DNA of 64,000 nucleotides, from positions 1,966,615 to 2,030,614 of the forward strand of contig BCKQ01000001.1 of the NCBI GenBank assembly GCA_001600695.1, given 5' to 3'. Below are positions 12,786 to 24,831 of the stretch, in pieces. This DNA is from Ascoidea asiatica JCM 7603 (Eukaryota; Fungi; Ascomycota). The position numbers were made by a program, and so were the translations under genes. Numbering within the stretch: the stretch's first letter is position 1; every line of letters starts with the position of its first letter. The notes under the pieces were generated by a model, which saw only the letters and a list, made by a program, of their open reading frames with translations, made no database searches and was not told the origin of the DNA.

Positions 12786-13970
12786 AAATTTATTTAATTA
12801 TTCAAAATTGCAACAATTATTAAAGAAAAAAAGTATATCAAAAAAAAATGAAAAAACAAAAAGAAAATTTATTCAACATAAACATTTTTCATATTACTCA
12901 ACTCAATTTTCATAATTAATAGTATCATTCTTTTCCCTATTAATTTATCATCACAATAACCCTATTCATTTTATTCCACTTAGTATATTTCTTAAAAAAC
13001 TTATAAAATACACAAATAATTTTCAAATAAAACGTTAGTAAATCATTTTCAATCATTAATAGTTTTATACACACTATCTTTGTAAAATAACTAGATCAGC
13101 TTAATCACCAAAAGCTGATGATCATTCCATAGTTATTCTTTTTATTCCACCTTTTTATTTTATGTTTTTATCGTAGTTTTTATCAATTTAATTTTATTTA
13201 ATTTGAAATTTTTATTCAATTTTTTTATCAAATTCTTATTTTTCGAAATTCTGTTAGCAAATTCATATATTGTTAACACGTGATTTTTGAAAATTGAAAA
13301 TCAGAAATTAGCAAACTCGTGACTTTAGTATGGTGTCTTATTTTTAACTATCAAGAAATTTTTATCCCTATTATTATAGAAATTCCTTTTTCTGTTTTCA
13401 TACAAATCTATCATTATTAGATAGTTATTCAAACAATAATTTAATAATATAATCATATAATAATACAATCGATTAATCATATAAGAATATAATCAATTAA
13501 TAATATAATAAAATAACAGTATAATAATATATCAATATAATCATATAATCGTATAACAATTTAATAATAAAGCAGTATAATAATATAATAAGATAATAAT
13601 ATAATAGGAAACTAACAACATAAGAAAACTAAATAATTATATAATAATACTACAAGACAATAATGGAATTACAGATACATAGAATAGTTAAAGAATCAAA
13701 CAAACAAATAATCAAATAATCAATGAATAAAATAATCAAATAATCAGTGAATCAGATAATCAAATAATCAATAAATCAAATCAGAAAGAAGAAAATAAAA
13801 GTTTAAAACAATTCAATATAAAAAATAATTCAATAACTTTAGTAATATAATATTATAAAATTCCATTTTTGATAATTTCAATCAATTCAATATTTTCAAC
13901 AAATAATTTTATCAATCATCAAAATTCAACTTTTATTTTATCAATTCAAAATGTCGTCGATGCCTGTTTT

Positions 13971-13984
13971 AAAGATAAGGATGG
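13971..13984 (+). promoter_or_regulatory. Polypurine tract
   Basis: AAAGATAAGGATGG directly before the TG of the 3' LTR. Confidence 0.8.
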
Positions 13985-14183
13985 TGTAATGAACACTAAT
14001 TGGTCAATCCGCATTAGGTGTCATTACCAATCAATTCCTAAGATTTATCCCATTTATATGAATCAGTAATCCCTTAATTATTAGAATTAATGTTAATTCT
14101 TAGAATTAACCAATTCGAAATATATACCTTCAATAAATGCTTTTACAATATTAAATATCATCTAGATAGACCTATCCATTGCG
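13985..14183 (+). repeat. 3' LTR (199 bp)
   Basis: TGTAATGAAC...CCATTGCG (terminal ACA decayed to GCG), followed by TSD AAGCT. Confidence 0.93.
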
Positions 14184-16984
14184 AAGCTACACTTATTTGA
14201 AAGGTCACATGAATTCAATTTGACTTTAAATTGGCTAACCCCAAGTGTACTGGGATTTGTTTCAAAAGTTCAAGCGGTGAAGTCAGCAAAAGACAGCGCC
14301 TCCTTTGAAATTTTGATTCTCACAAACAGACTTATAGGTGGAACACATTTCACGGTTGAGGAGATATACAGAATTTAATAATTTCACTGCCATATCTAGT
14401 GATTCAAGTGATTCTGGTTATATTAAATTTATTGATTTTTCTACGTCTTAAGTATATTTTTTTTACTTTAAATTAACTCACTTTTTATTTATTTTTATCA
14501 ATTTATTTCAATCTTTTTAAATTATCAACTTTTGCATTATTTTTTTACAATTAACATAACTCTATAGTTTTTCCAATAGTCAGTATTAAAATATTGGTTA
14601 TTGCATTTTTAATATATTTTCATTTTCATAAATTTTTAGTTACTTTAAATTATATTTTTTTTACTGCTCACTTTTCGAAGTAGCTTTCAGTTGAGCCATT
14701 CACTCAAGTGGTTTTACAGTGTATATAAAATTCGGTCTTTTTGCTGGTGTCATCTTTCGTCAGCGGTATAGCGGACGCTTTTCCCATCATCTCATTCACA
14801 AAGTATGTAAGCTCAGTCGCAGAGCACCACCATCGGACGGATACCCACGGAGCCAAATCAGTCGTTTTACAATACGAAATAATCGAGATTACTTCATAAA
14901 CCTAAGGAAAGCGACCCCTAAGTGAATTGAACTCGCGATGCGGTTATTGCGACACCTGGCATTACGGGATAGGCTCACCCACCCAATGGTCGTTTCATTG
15001 TGAACAACAACAGCACACGTAGGCTTCGTTTACATTGCACTCCCATGCAGAATTCTCGCCAAAAATAAAAATTTATATATTTGTAGTCATGTTTGTATGC
15101 CCAGCGTATGCACATCACTGGTTTCACTAGCCTTATAGATGGTAGTGCGTATACGCCTATACTTGATTGTGTTTGAAATATTGCTGAATTGTAAGCATGC
15201 TCATTCATTGCGTAGCCTAGGAGCAAATCTAACTGATCTTGGGTTTGAAACCTGCGCAAATAGTTAGCTCTCATACAAATAATTTTTTACCTTACTAAAA
15301 AGGTAATTTATTTTCAACAGACGTTTGGAAAGCGGGTACCAAGACTGCAGATGAATTGGTTTGCGGGATGCTTTGTAAGCGGGGTAATATTTTAAAATAA
15401 TCTTGTTGGTTGACCCTTTTATTTGTAATTTCTATATTTAATAGAACTTCACATGACCACTGGAAAAGAATCCCACAAATTTTTATTTTGGATATTTCGA
15501 ATAAAGCACGAATTAATAAATAAAATTAATTTGTTTGTTCAAATGGAATGTGGTGCACCTGGGTAGATTATACAAGTATCATCGTTATATAAAAATGGTC
15601 TTCATACTATAAAGCTAATAATATGGGAGGAATTGAAAACAACCGGGATAAAGATGCTGTCAAGCTCAAAAGACGAAACAAAACCATTGGAATGGTACTT
15701 GATCCATAAGTTCGATTAGTTTTAGCTGTAAGGCTCGGGGACGTGAAAACGGAGTAATTCAGGGTAATACTCAAAAAAGGCTTCCTTCCAAACCACAATG
15801 GTTAAGGATTTATTTAAATTTAAATAGAGCTCACAGGCGCAAAATTTTAACTATGACAGCTACACATCTCAGCTACTAAAATTTCCAAATAAAAAAAGTG
15901 TCGCCTCATGCATGAACGGAAACTCAGCAGATGTGTGAATACTTAAAAACAAAGTCTGAAGCAGCTCACCGCCAAACAAACTGTTCCTGGATCGAGTTTT
16001 GGACCTCTGCTACAGTTTCTAACTAGGGAATGGTACCATAGAACCGGTAATAAATGAGCATGCAAGAGCACGTACATAAATGTGCTGCTGAAAAGTTGCG
16101 GTATACTGTAGATAACCAATGGTATTCAGTTCGTGTGGCCGGTGTCGCAAGTGAGCTCTAATGACTTGTTTTTGTTGAAAGGTACATGATCCTTTATGTA
16201 TGCGTACTTGGTTTAAAAGCATTTATTAGCGCAGTAATAGTCCATGTGTTGTCACTGTAACAGATTTGCCAGTCTTTTCCGTATCAGTTATAGAGAATCA
16301 ATTGGTAATTTCTATAAGAGGGATAATGTTTGTTCAGAATAAATCTGCTATATTTTCTTGTTTGTTTAATGTTTTGCCACACAATTTCAATTGATTTACA
16401 TAATTCAATTTTATTTCAAAAATGAGGTATAAGGCATTAAATCCCTGTTTTATTTTATTTAACAATACTTTAGCTTTTTTAACTAATCACAATAATTAGA
16501 ATTATATTTACAGTTGACATTTAGTATTTTGATTACATATTTCCTATTACATATATATATTATTTTCTAAATTTTACTGCTGTTATTAATTTGCTACTCA
16601 AAGTTATTCGTTTTATACTATTAAAGTGATGCCACTCAATCAAGTTGTTAATCGAGATACTCATTATTGTTATATAGCTGAGAGTTCAACTCACTCTACC
16701 CATTCCATTTATAAAATTTAATTTAATAATTATCAATCCGCCCTTTCTATATACGTAGACTAAGACACCCAACACTGTAAATAATATTACGATCTCAAGG
16801 TACAAAAAGCAAAACATCTACCTCCGTGGGCATCTCACGCTTGAAGATTCCGCCAAAAATTGGAAATGGAGATACCACCTCAAAAACTAAATGTTCCATT
16901 TTCATGGGCCGACTCCCATCACAATAAAGGTAGTGGTAACTGGTTTATTCTACTATTGATGTTCATATTACTCGCTAGCATAAT

Positions 16985-18467
16985 TTAATCAACTGGTTTA
17001 CCAAACGATGTTGAAATTACTCAACAGGTTATTATAGCGGGTATAACTTTTGCTATGGGTCATATTGGTAAACCAGAAATCAATTTCAACAATTCAAATG
17101 GTATTATTAATTATTCTCAATATTATTTTAAACATCAAATTAGAGCTTTATGTTTTTGACCTTTAGCTCATATCTTTGAAAGACAACTTGCAGCTTTTGA
17201 AATTAATCAAGCTGGTGCGTTAGCTTTTCCATTTTCAAATTATCCTGTTGAATCTTTTATTAATGATTTAAAAGTTGTAAAACCACTTTTAATATCTGCA
17301 GTTTCTACAGTTTTTACAAAATTTTAAAATTCTTTAAAACAATTTATAAAATCTTCAAATTTTTTACAATCCTTTTTAGTTCAAAAATCAATTAATCAAA
17401 AAGAATATAAAATGACTTGAAAAGATGATGAAAAAGCTGAAAATTGGTTATTTGATACATTTATTATAAAAAGATTAAGACATACTCTTGGCTCTGATAA
17501 TGTACTGTTTTGCATCACAGGTTTTGCTCCAATTGCTCGAGAATCTGTAAAAGCAAATCTTCGTATTGGTTTTCAACAACGTTATGGTTTAACTGACGGT
17601 ATGGCACGTATTTCAGTAAGTAAAAGTTTTGAAAAAAATCCAGGTTGTTGTGGTTTTGGTATTATAACTGCTGAATTTACTTTAACAGATGTACCTGAAA
17701 TGAATTATTTTGGAAATAATAATCCAAATGATTCTAGAAAAGCTGAATTATTATTAAAAGGTCTTCAAATTTTTCCAAGATATTTTTTAATTGAAAAAAC
17801 GACAAGAATCTTTTGATGAAGATGGTTTTTTTAAAGCTGGTGATATTGCTAGAATTGATTCAAATTTTTATAGTAGATTATATATTGCTGATAGAGTTAA
17901 AAAAGTTTTTAAAGCTAGTCAAGGTGAATATTTTGGTCCTGAAAAATTTGAAAATATCTATTTATCAACTTGTCCAATAATTCAACAAATTTCTGTTTAT
18001 GGTAATTCTTTCAAACATTTTCTTGTTACTGTTATTGGAATTGATGTTAATGCTTTAAAAATAGTCTTAATAATAATGAAATTCATATTAAAAATGTTCC
18101 TTCTCAATCTCAAGATCTTCAAGCTTTTGATCAAATTAAATCTATTTTAAATTCAAATAATGAAAACGATATTAAACAAGTTCTTAAACTTATAAATTCT
18201 CATTTGTTTATTAAAAAATCTTTAATATTTTCATTAAATCAACAAATAGAAGAAACTTTTTCCAAAGGAGGTAAACAATTACTTCAAAATTTTTAAATAA
18301 ACCTTAATATTTATGTTACTATTAATCCTTTAACAATTGAAAATAATTAAATTACCACAACTTTTAAAGTGAAAAGAAATGTATGTGATACATACTTCAA
18401 AACAAATGCTAATCAATTATATGATGAACGGTCGTTAATCAAAGATGACGTTGGGAGTAGACTATAA
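16985..18467 (+). pseudogene. FAA2: 5'-truncated long/medium-chain acyl-CoA synthetase pseudogene (FAA2-like, peroxisomal)
   Basis: Decayed AMP-binding motif STGLPNDVEITQ, PLAHIFER, YGLTD, DGFFKAGDI, DRVKKVFKASQGEYFGPEKFENIYLS, C-terminal ...LYDERSLIKDDVGSRL* (PTS1). Numerous stops and frameshifts. Confidence 0.85.
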
Positions 18468-18759
18468 TTCAAAAAAAAAAAATTTGTTTTAACATAGTTA
18501 CATAAAATGATAAATTTCTTTAATTATACAATACTTTTTTACACTTTCTATCCCCTGAAGAAAATACATAACACAAATTTATTAGAACCAAAAATAAGAA
18601 ATTTCAAAAAATGACATGCTTGAAAAGGGCATTATTATTAAATTCAAATAAACAAAAAGGAGATTGAATTTTTTTTTTTCAGACAAAACAAAATTCCAAA
18701 AACTTTAAAAACGTTACTTTAAACATTTCCATAAATTTATCAGTTTCTAGAATCAATCT

Positions 18760-19270
18760 ACAAAACATGTTCTATATTTTTTCCCCTGATTCTTAATCTA
18801 ATTTTTCGTTATCTTCTGGATCAATGAAAAGTTGTCTCACATTATTGATTGTATACTGAGTCAAAACAGAAGCTTCATTTTCAAAAAGTGTTTTCAATCT
18901 TAGATGAAGTAAAGTTGTTAATTTTGATCAAGTTTTAGGTGCTAATTTTGTTAAAGAAGCAGCTGAAAAAGGAACCCAACCAATTTCAGAAATACCTGCT
19001 AAAGATGGAGCTGTAATTCTTGAACAATTAAAAGTGTAATTAGATTCTAGTTATTTCGAAAAAAATATTATATATGGGTATTTAGTCTTTAAATAATATA
19101 AATCATTAAAAGCGAAATATCAAAACAAATTTGTCTTGATAAAAAATCAAGATAATCCTTTGCCTTAAGTGATTCTTCTGGTAATACATAAATGTCTAAC
19201 CTTTTGAACTTTGGCTAAAATTTAATTAAAGCATCCAAAATTTTCACCCAAATTACCTTCGGGTTTTAAG
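18760..19270 (-). pseudogene. Unidentified decayed coding remnant with host-like codon usage
   Basis: Minus frame reads NCSRITAPSLAGISEIGWVPFSAASLTKLAPKT*SKLTTLLHLRLKTLFENEASVLTQYTINNVRQLFIDPEDNEKLD*; family not recognised. Confidence 0.4.
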
Positions 19271-19280
19271 TTTAAAAGTC

Positions 19281-19625
19281 TCAACGTTGGCCAGGGTGCC
19301 CTACATCATGATCAGTAATTTCCACATTAGCATCACCGAATTCAACAGATGCGTCCAATTTTCTGTTTATTGACACAGGCGCTACAGTACGTCTACGGTT
19401 TCTGCGGTCGCGAGGTTCATCGATAGTTGCATCTCCACCAACAATCAGATTTACCACCTCCAAAATATCAATAAAATCTTTTTTACTGTAAATAATCCGC
19501 GGAGAATCTGGAAAGTAGTTGATGTCATATATTCTCATCAGCTCCTCAACAATTGCCAGGCGAGTTGATGTTTCAAGGCAAGGTAAGGGACGGTCAACTA
19601 AATGCCACGGACTTGGTTTACTCAT
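19281..19625 (-). CDS. Hypothetical 114-aa protein, orphan, higher GC than host genes
   Basis: Intact ATG-to-stop ORF with normal complexity and a basic patch RDRRNRRR; no recognisable family. Confidence 0.3.
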   Translation of the reverse strand: MSKPSPWHLVDRPLPCLETSTRLAIVEELMRIYDINYFPDSPRIIYSKKDFIDILEVVNLIVGGDATIDEPRDRRNRRRTVAPVSINRKLDASVEFGDANVEITDHDVGHPGQR

Positions 19626-20820
19626 CTCACGTTGCTTATTTTTAATACTCGTAGAGCGTTAATGTAATTAAAACTGTAAAAAATAATTCTATTTCTTCCT
19701 TAGTTTGCACAACTTTAAAGGACAGAAAACAAGAAAGCTAGTTATCTCACTAAAACATAGAAAAATCTAACTTGTCGTTTTGCAGTTTACCTAATAATCC
19801 ATATATTACATAAGCAAATCCTACTTAATCTAAATATATCGCGCAGGCTCAAGGAGCCGGTAGGGTAACGGCACTCGTTCATTTGGATTAGGTTGATGGT
19901 TTGTTAAAATAACGGAGGTGATTATTTTAGTAAATTCTAATAAAGCATATATTTGCAAAAAGCTAAACAAATGTTAGAAAATAACTTTAGAAGCGAGTAA
20001 AAAATGAACAAAACATTGACTGGAAAATTCGGTAAAGTAGAAGTTTGTTAAAATAAGCCTAATGGGCATTTATTAATAAAACGTTTGAGCCTATATAAAC
20101 TGTTTAGCGACTAATATTACAAGCCTGCATATTATACTAAAACCAGCAAAAAAACAGAAAAATAAAAACCAACAAATGCATAATAATATTTTTCCAGAAC
20201 ACAGTTGATACCGCCACAGTTTCACAAAATAAATTTTGAGGAATTTAAAAAAATCCAATGAGAATAAAAACAGAAAGAAATTTGTTTTTTGTTTTTAAAT
20301 TATTTTATGCATTTCTTTCTCATTTGCTTTTAACAAACTTTACCCCTTGGCTTACGCAGTATCGTGGTAGCTAAATACATTTTTTTGGCTGATTTGACTA
20401 CGCTGTTTGAAATGCCCTTCTTTATCTTCATTCAATTATTTTATTTGATGTTGCTTCAAAAATAGGTTTTATAGATTACCTTCACTGGCATTTGAATTCG
20501 TATTCTGTCCAAACGGATTACAAATGACAATTGAATGAAATCCCTTTTATAAACGGATAAAAAAGGTTTAAACTTTTTGAGCATGTATCATACTATTCTG
20601 CGAAAACATACGCTAATCTAATATTTCCCTTTTTATAAGAATGTAAATACTTGGTGGCTCCATATTGTAGTTTGACTAAAAAACAAACTATATGTCCTGC
20701 AGCGTATACTTTTTGAAACCGGGTAGTTGTAAATAATGCCAGTACTAATCAACGCGAAATCGATTGCTCCAAGCACCGGAAATACTATCAAATAAGTATA
20801 AGCTAATGCGGTTAAATTAC

Positions 20821-22663
20821 CTATATAATATGAATATTACGTAACGCTGAGAGTGTCATCTCGGGATCATCAATGTTGGACTCTTCAAGAAAACCATTGT
20901 ATTGTTGTCTTAATTGCTCTGATTCCTCACTGAATGTAGCCCTTCATTTAGCAACCACACCTGCTTCCATTAGATCAGAAGTACCATTATTTAAAATGTC
21001 AATCTTTTCAATAGCTTCATAAGCTTCTAATCCACCTCGGTCAAAAGTATTGATAATTGTTTCCCAATTAATCAGTGGGTCTTCGTTTGTAAGATCCAAA
21101 ATACAAGGATGTTTGCAGCGTAGTTGAAACTTTAAGAAAAAGTACAATTACAAGCACCATTCACTGCACCAGCTATGTTGTGTTCCAGACCAGGTCTTTC
21201 TTTGGCTTTCATCGCAAGCAATATTTGTAAACTCATTTTTCTTTGAAGTAATGATAAAAAATTTAGTAACTGAGGCCTTATTTCCGCCGATCATGACGAA
21301 AAGTAAATGTTTTTAAAGGTCGCAACTTTTTTTCTTTTGTAAATTTCGGAATAAAATGCAATTAGCTTTTTGGTTAACTTAAATAGACGATCTGCTTTTG
21401 AAATTTTACCCAAATATGGTGGCTTATATTGAGAATGAAGACGTTCCAAAGCTTGGGTACTAAGGATTTGAAGCAATAAAGGATAAAACACCCTGTAACT
21501 AACTGACCATTTTGCAATCAGCGTACGTTGAACCACAATATACCTCTCAATATGTGGACCAATTTGACCAGCAGCTTCATAAGCTTTTTGTACAAAAGTT
21601 AACGCATATCTTCTCGATTGGGTATACATGGCATCCATCATTAACTTTAAAATTTACCCATTGATGTAGGCCGTAATTGCTTTGACCAACAAATGAAAAC
21701 ATGCCAAATACCTAAAAAAATCTTATTAATACCTCTGCTAAACTCCGAAACCCTATTCTGAAGAGACTCTGAGTTATCACAAACATCAAACTCTACTGAG
21801 AGGCGACCATCAAAAATTTCAGACAGCAAAGTAAGAGATCATAATACTTGAACACTATTTTCAGAATCTACAACTGCATGGGCACCAGGAAGACGATAAA
21901 CATTATCGTCCGTATAGCCAAAGGTTATAAGTGTCATCTTATAAATCATGGTACCATGAGTACCGTCAATTATTACCAGTTTTCTACCTTTAAATTTTTG
22001 GACAAATTCATGTTTTCCAAATACACTACACCCTCTCTCGAAAAAGCTCTGTAGACAGGAAAACTGGTCAAAAGTTCCATAGCTGTTGCAAGATCCGTTT
22101 CCCGGTCAGAAACTCCATTAAATTCTGCAGCATTTTGGTTGTCTTTAAATTTGGAAATAGCATTTCTAATTTCATCAGAGATGACGAAACGCATACCCAT
22201 AGAGTTATAAAACATTCCAAAAATAATCGGTAGAGACCTTTTTATTTCAATTTAAAATAATGAACCCTCCCTTTCGATTATTTAACCCACCAATTTCCAT
22301 CTTTTTTTTGATAAAACTATTTTATATTGGATCATTGTGTTTTGCAGTTTGATTCATAACACCTCCTATCTCATGAAATTGTATTGACAACTGGGCAGGG
22401 CAACTAACAGGCAACTTTGTTATGGCAGCTCCTTTGTTGTGGTTTACTTGCGATGCTAATTTGTGTCTGATCTCAGCATTTAGCCGACATCTTAATTAAG
22501 AAAACTCTTTAGAGGAACCAGGCATTACCTGAAAAACAGAAGATACTGCGGGATTAATAAGATCTGAAGTATGATTGTTATCTTCTAATATAGCTGTTAA
22601 ATTAAAACTAAAATTGCGAGCTTCGCCAACCAAAGGTATGGCGCCTGTAAGCTTTTCATCCAT
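20821..22663 (-). mobile_element. Degenerate Mutator-like (MULE) transposase with N-terminal WRKY/GCM1-type finger and C-terminal SWIM finger
   Basis: LRC..x~25..SCPAQLSI..KHND (N-terminal finger), VIIDGTHGTMIYKMTLITFGYTDD..LPGAHAVVDSE (first D, codon 21965-21967), VCDNSESLQN (second D), LGIWHV (CxxH position), KWSVSYR..STQALERLHSQYK (E), ACNC/FFLKFQLRCKH (SWIM). Stops and frameshifts lie between the blocks. Confidence 0.88.
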
Positions 22664-23175
22664 AATCAATACTTTTCTACTATATTTCAGCTAAATTTTG
22701 GATGTAACATCTAAGCAAACTTATAAATATTTGTTCAACATCAGAAAAACAAATTAAATAGAAACTTTTAGTTTCCAAAGGAGAGACAGACTACCACCTT
22801 ATGATACTTAAATTGTTTATAGTCCAGAATGCAATTGGTTTGAGGGAAAGAGTATGTGGAAGTTTCACATTTTAACATATTTCCATACGGTTAAAATTGT
22901 TTTCATTTATTTTACTTTTTCTTTTTCTGCTTTTACAGGCAATTATTATTTCTTTATTTTTATTTCGTTTAAGTTTCATTCAAATATGTTTCAACTATGA
23001 CACGTGACTTATGTTTTTATATTGGATGTTGGATGTTCAATGTATGTGTTGTCAGTTGTTGTCAGTTGTTGTTGCTCGTTGTCACTCGTTGTCAAAAATA
23101 TTTGAGTTAACCTTTTTCTTATTTTACTTTCTTTTCCTTCAATCACTAATATTACTAAAATTACTTCAATTAAAA

Positions 23176-23589
23176 ATGAATCCTCCACCTACTTCCTTTC
23201 AAGCAACTAATGTTGAATTTGCCTTTAATCCCTCACTGGTTGCTCGCCAATCGGACGAATCAATTATGAAGAAAGCATTAATTCCAAAACGTTGGGTAAA
23301 AACTAAAGATAATTTACCAGTTCAAATGAAAAAGAAATTAGATAATTTCCTTTTAAAATGTTGTGAAGAACCATATTTGTATCAAAAATATGACTCAACA
23401 AAAGTGAAATTGATTTTAAAACTATTAAGAAATAATCCGATTGGCTTATCCTTTAAAAATTCGGCTTGGCTGTTAGAGAGTTATAATGTTAATGATAGCT
23501 CTGAATATTTACGTCGTTGCTACAGAGGTACTAAAAATAAAAAAAGAAAATTAAGAGTAATTGACATTTCAAGTGATGAAGAAGATTAA
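23176..23589 (+). CDS. Small 137-aa putative nuclear protein: three-helix HTH-like domain, NLS and C-terminal SUMO-interacting motif
   Basis: Intact ORF, ATG in AAAAATG context. KYDSTKVKLILKLLRNNPIGLSFKNSAWLLESYNVNDSSEYLRRCY resembles a Tc1/homeodomain-like HTH, followed by KNKKRK and VIDISSDEED. The ORF track start at 23011 adds low-complexity UTR-like sequence. Confidence 0.55.
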   Translation: MNPPPTSFQATNVEFAFNPSLVARQSDESIMKKALIPKRWVKTKDNLPVQMKKKLDNFLLKCCEEPYLYQKYDSTKVKLILKLLRNNPIGLSFKNSAWLLESYNVNDSSEYLRRCYRGTKNKKRKLRVIDISSDEED

Positions 23590-23604
23590 TTGTCCTATGT
23601 ACAC

Positions 23605-23824
23605 AAAACTATATAAATATGTCTGTTTTTGTCTACAATTTTTTTTAATTTTATATAGTTTTGAAATTATCGAGTTTTATATTTACTATTTTACATATAT
23701 TAATACATAATATTTATTATTAATCTATTTATAATATTGACATTATTTTTCATTAACCTTGATAATTTTTAAACTAAAACAACTTAATTTGTTCCATTAT
23801 GTCTCAAGAATCTCAACACATTCA
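23605..23824 (+). repeat. Left arm of a ~220-bp imperfect inverted repeat
   Basis: aaaactatataaatatgtctg...atgtctcaagaatctcaacacattca aligns end to end with the reverse complement of 24832-25050 (roughly 80-85% by eye). Confidence 0.9.
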
Positions 23825-24831
23825 CTCTAAGCAACGGAATCATGAATTAAAATACAGCAAATTGTCAGTTATCTAAAGCTACAATTTCTTTAGTTGTAAC
23901 AACCAATTTATTAAAACTTACTTCTTCTCATAATTGCAGGCTTCTGTTTGAGGCAGGAAAAATAGTATACGTCAAACAGAAACCGTACTACTTTTGTTTC
24001 CCATTTCAATCATTTTCAATTACTCTCATTTTCAGTATTCTAATACAAAGAAAACGAATACCTCCTCGAAGACGTAATAACAATTACGGTTATTAATAAT
24101 ATAAATCAGGATAATCCAAACTAAAACAATGCTGTTAATTAATACTAAAGTAAAGTTAACTTACAAGCTGTTGACAGTTTTATCAAAAGGACAAAAATGC
24201 ACATTTCATTTAGTTCATTTTCAAGTTGTGCCTTTCTGACGCAAATCAATTGTGCTGATCACACCTGTGAACACCAAAACAATTAGCTGTTTTTATAAAG
24301 CAGGTAAACCAAGCTAGTAATTAAACTAAGAATAAGACGAATAATAATAACACTAGCAATATTACGAATAATAATAATAAAAATAATAATAATAACAATA
24401 ACAATAATAATAATAATGATAATAATAATTTGTTTAGTATTAACAATAATAATTTCAATAATTAGATTTATAATTTTAATCATTGTAAAAACAGTACTAT
24501 GAAAAACTAAACCAATTAAAATATTAAGGGGTTCAACTCTAATAATGGAATTACGTTTAATAGTAGTACTAATCAAAATACCAAATATAAGAGTAATACT
24601 CATGACGGTATTGAATATATCAATAAACGTTGTAAGAATTGTAATAATCACATCCCAGTTATTGGGACCTGAGATTAATTTGGAAGGTTGCCCTACTGAT
24701 GGAGCGTTCTGCACAATTTGTGGAAACGTTTTTCAAAAAATAGTAAAATCCACATCTAAGGTATTGAACGCCAATTGATAAATATTGGCTGTTAACGGAC
24801 GTGGCATTTATATAGGACAAAACAAGAATAC

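Larger units (their letters stand above)
7301..14183 (+). mobile_element. Full-length but inactivated Ty3/gypsy LTR retrotransposon
   Basis: Two LTRs, 5-bp TSD AAGCT (7296-7300 and 14184-14188), PBS, PPT, and domain order gag-PR-RT-RH-IN. Confidence 0.96.

Noticed and set aside
7301-14183. RIP-like hypermutation of the retroelement
   Set aside because: LTR differences include many transversions and changes in both directions, not a one-way C>T pattern.
14700-16300. Short GC-richer ORFs of 63-99 aa
   Set aside because: No recognisable motif in the frames examined; probably old foreign or TE decay that cannot be assigned.
22880-23008. GTCACGTG plus AT-rich tract as a point centromere (CDEI-CDEII)
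   Set aside because: No CDEIII consensus at the expected distance; at most a Cbf1/bHLH site.
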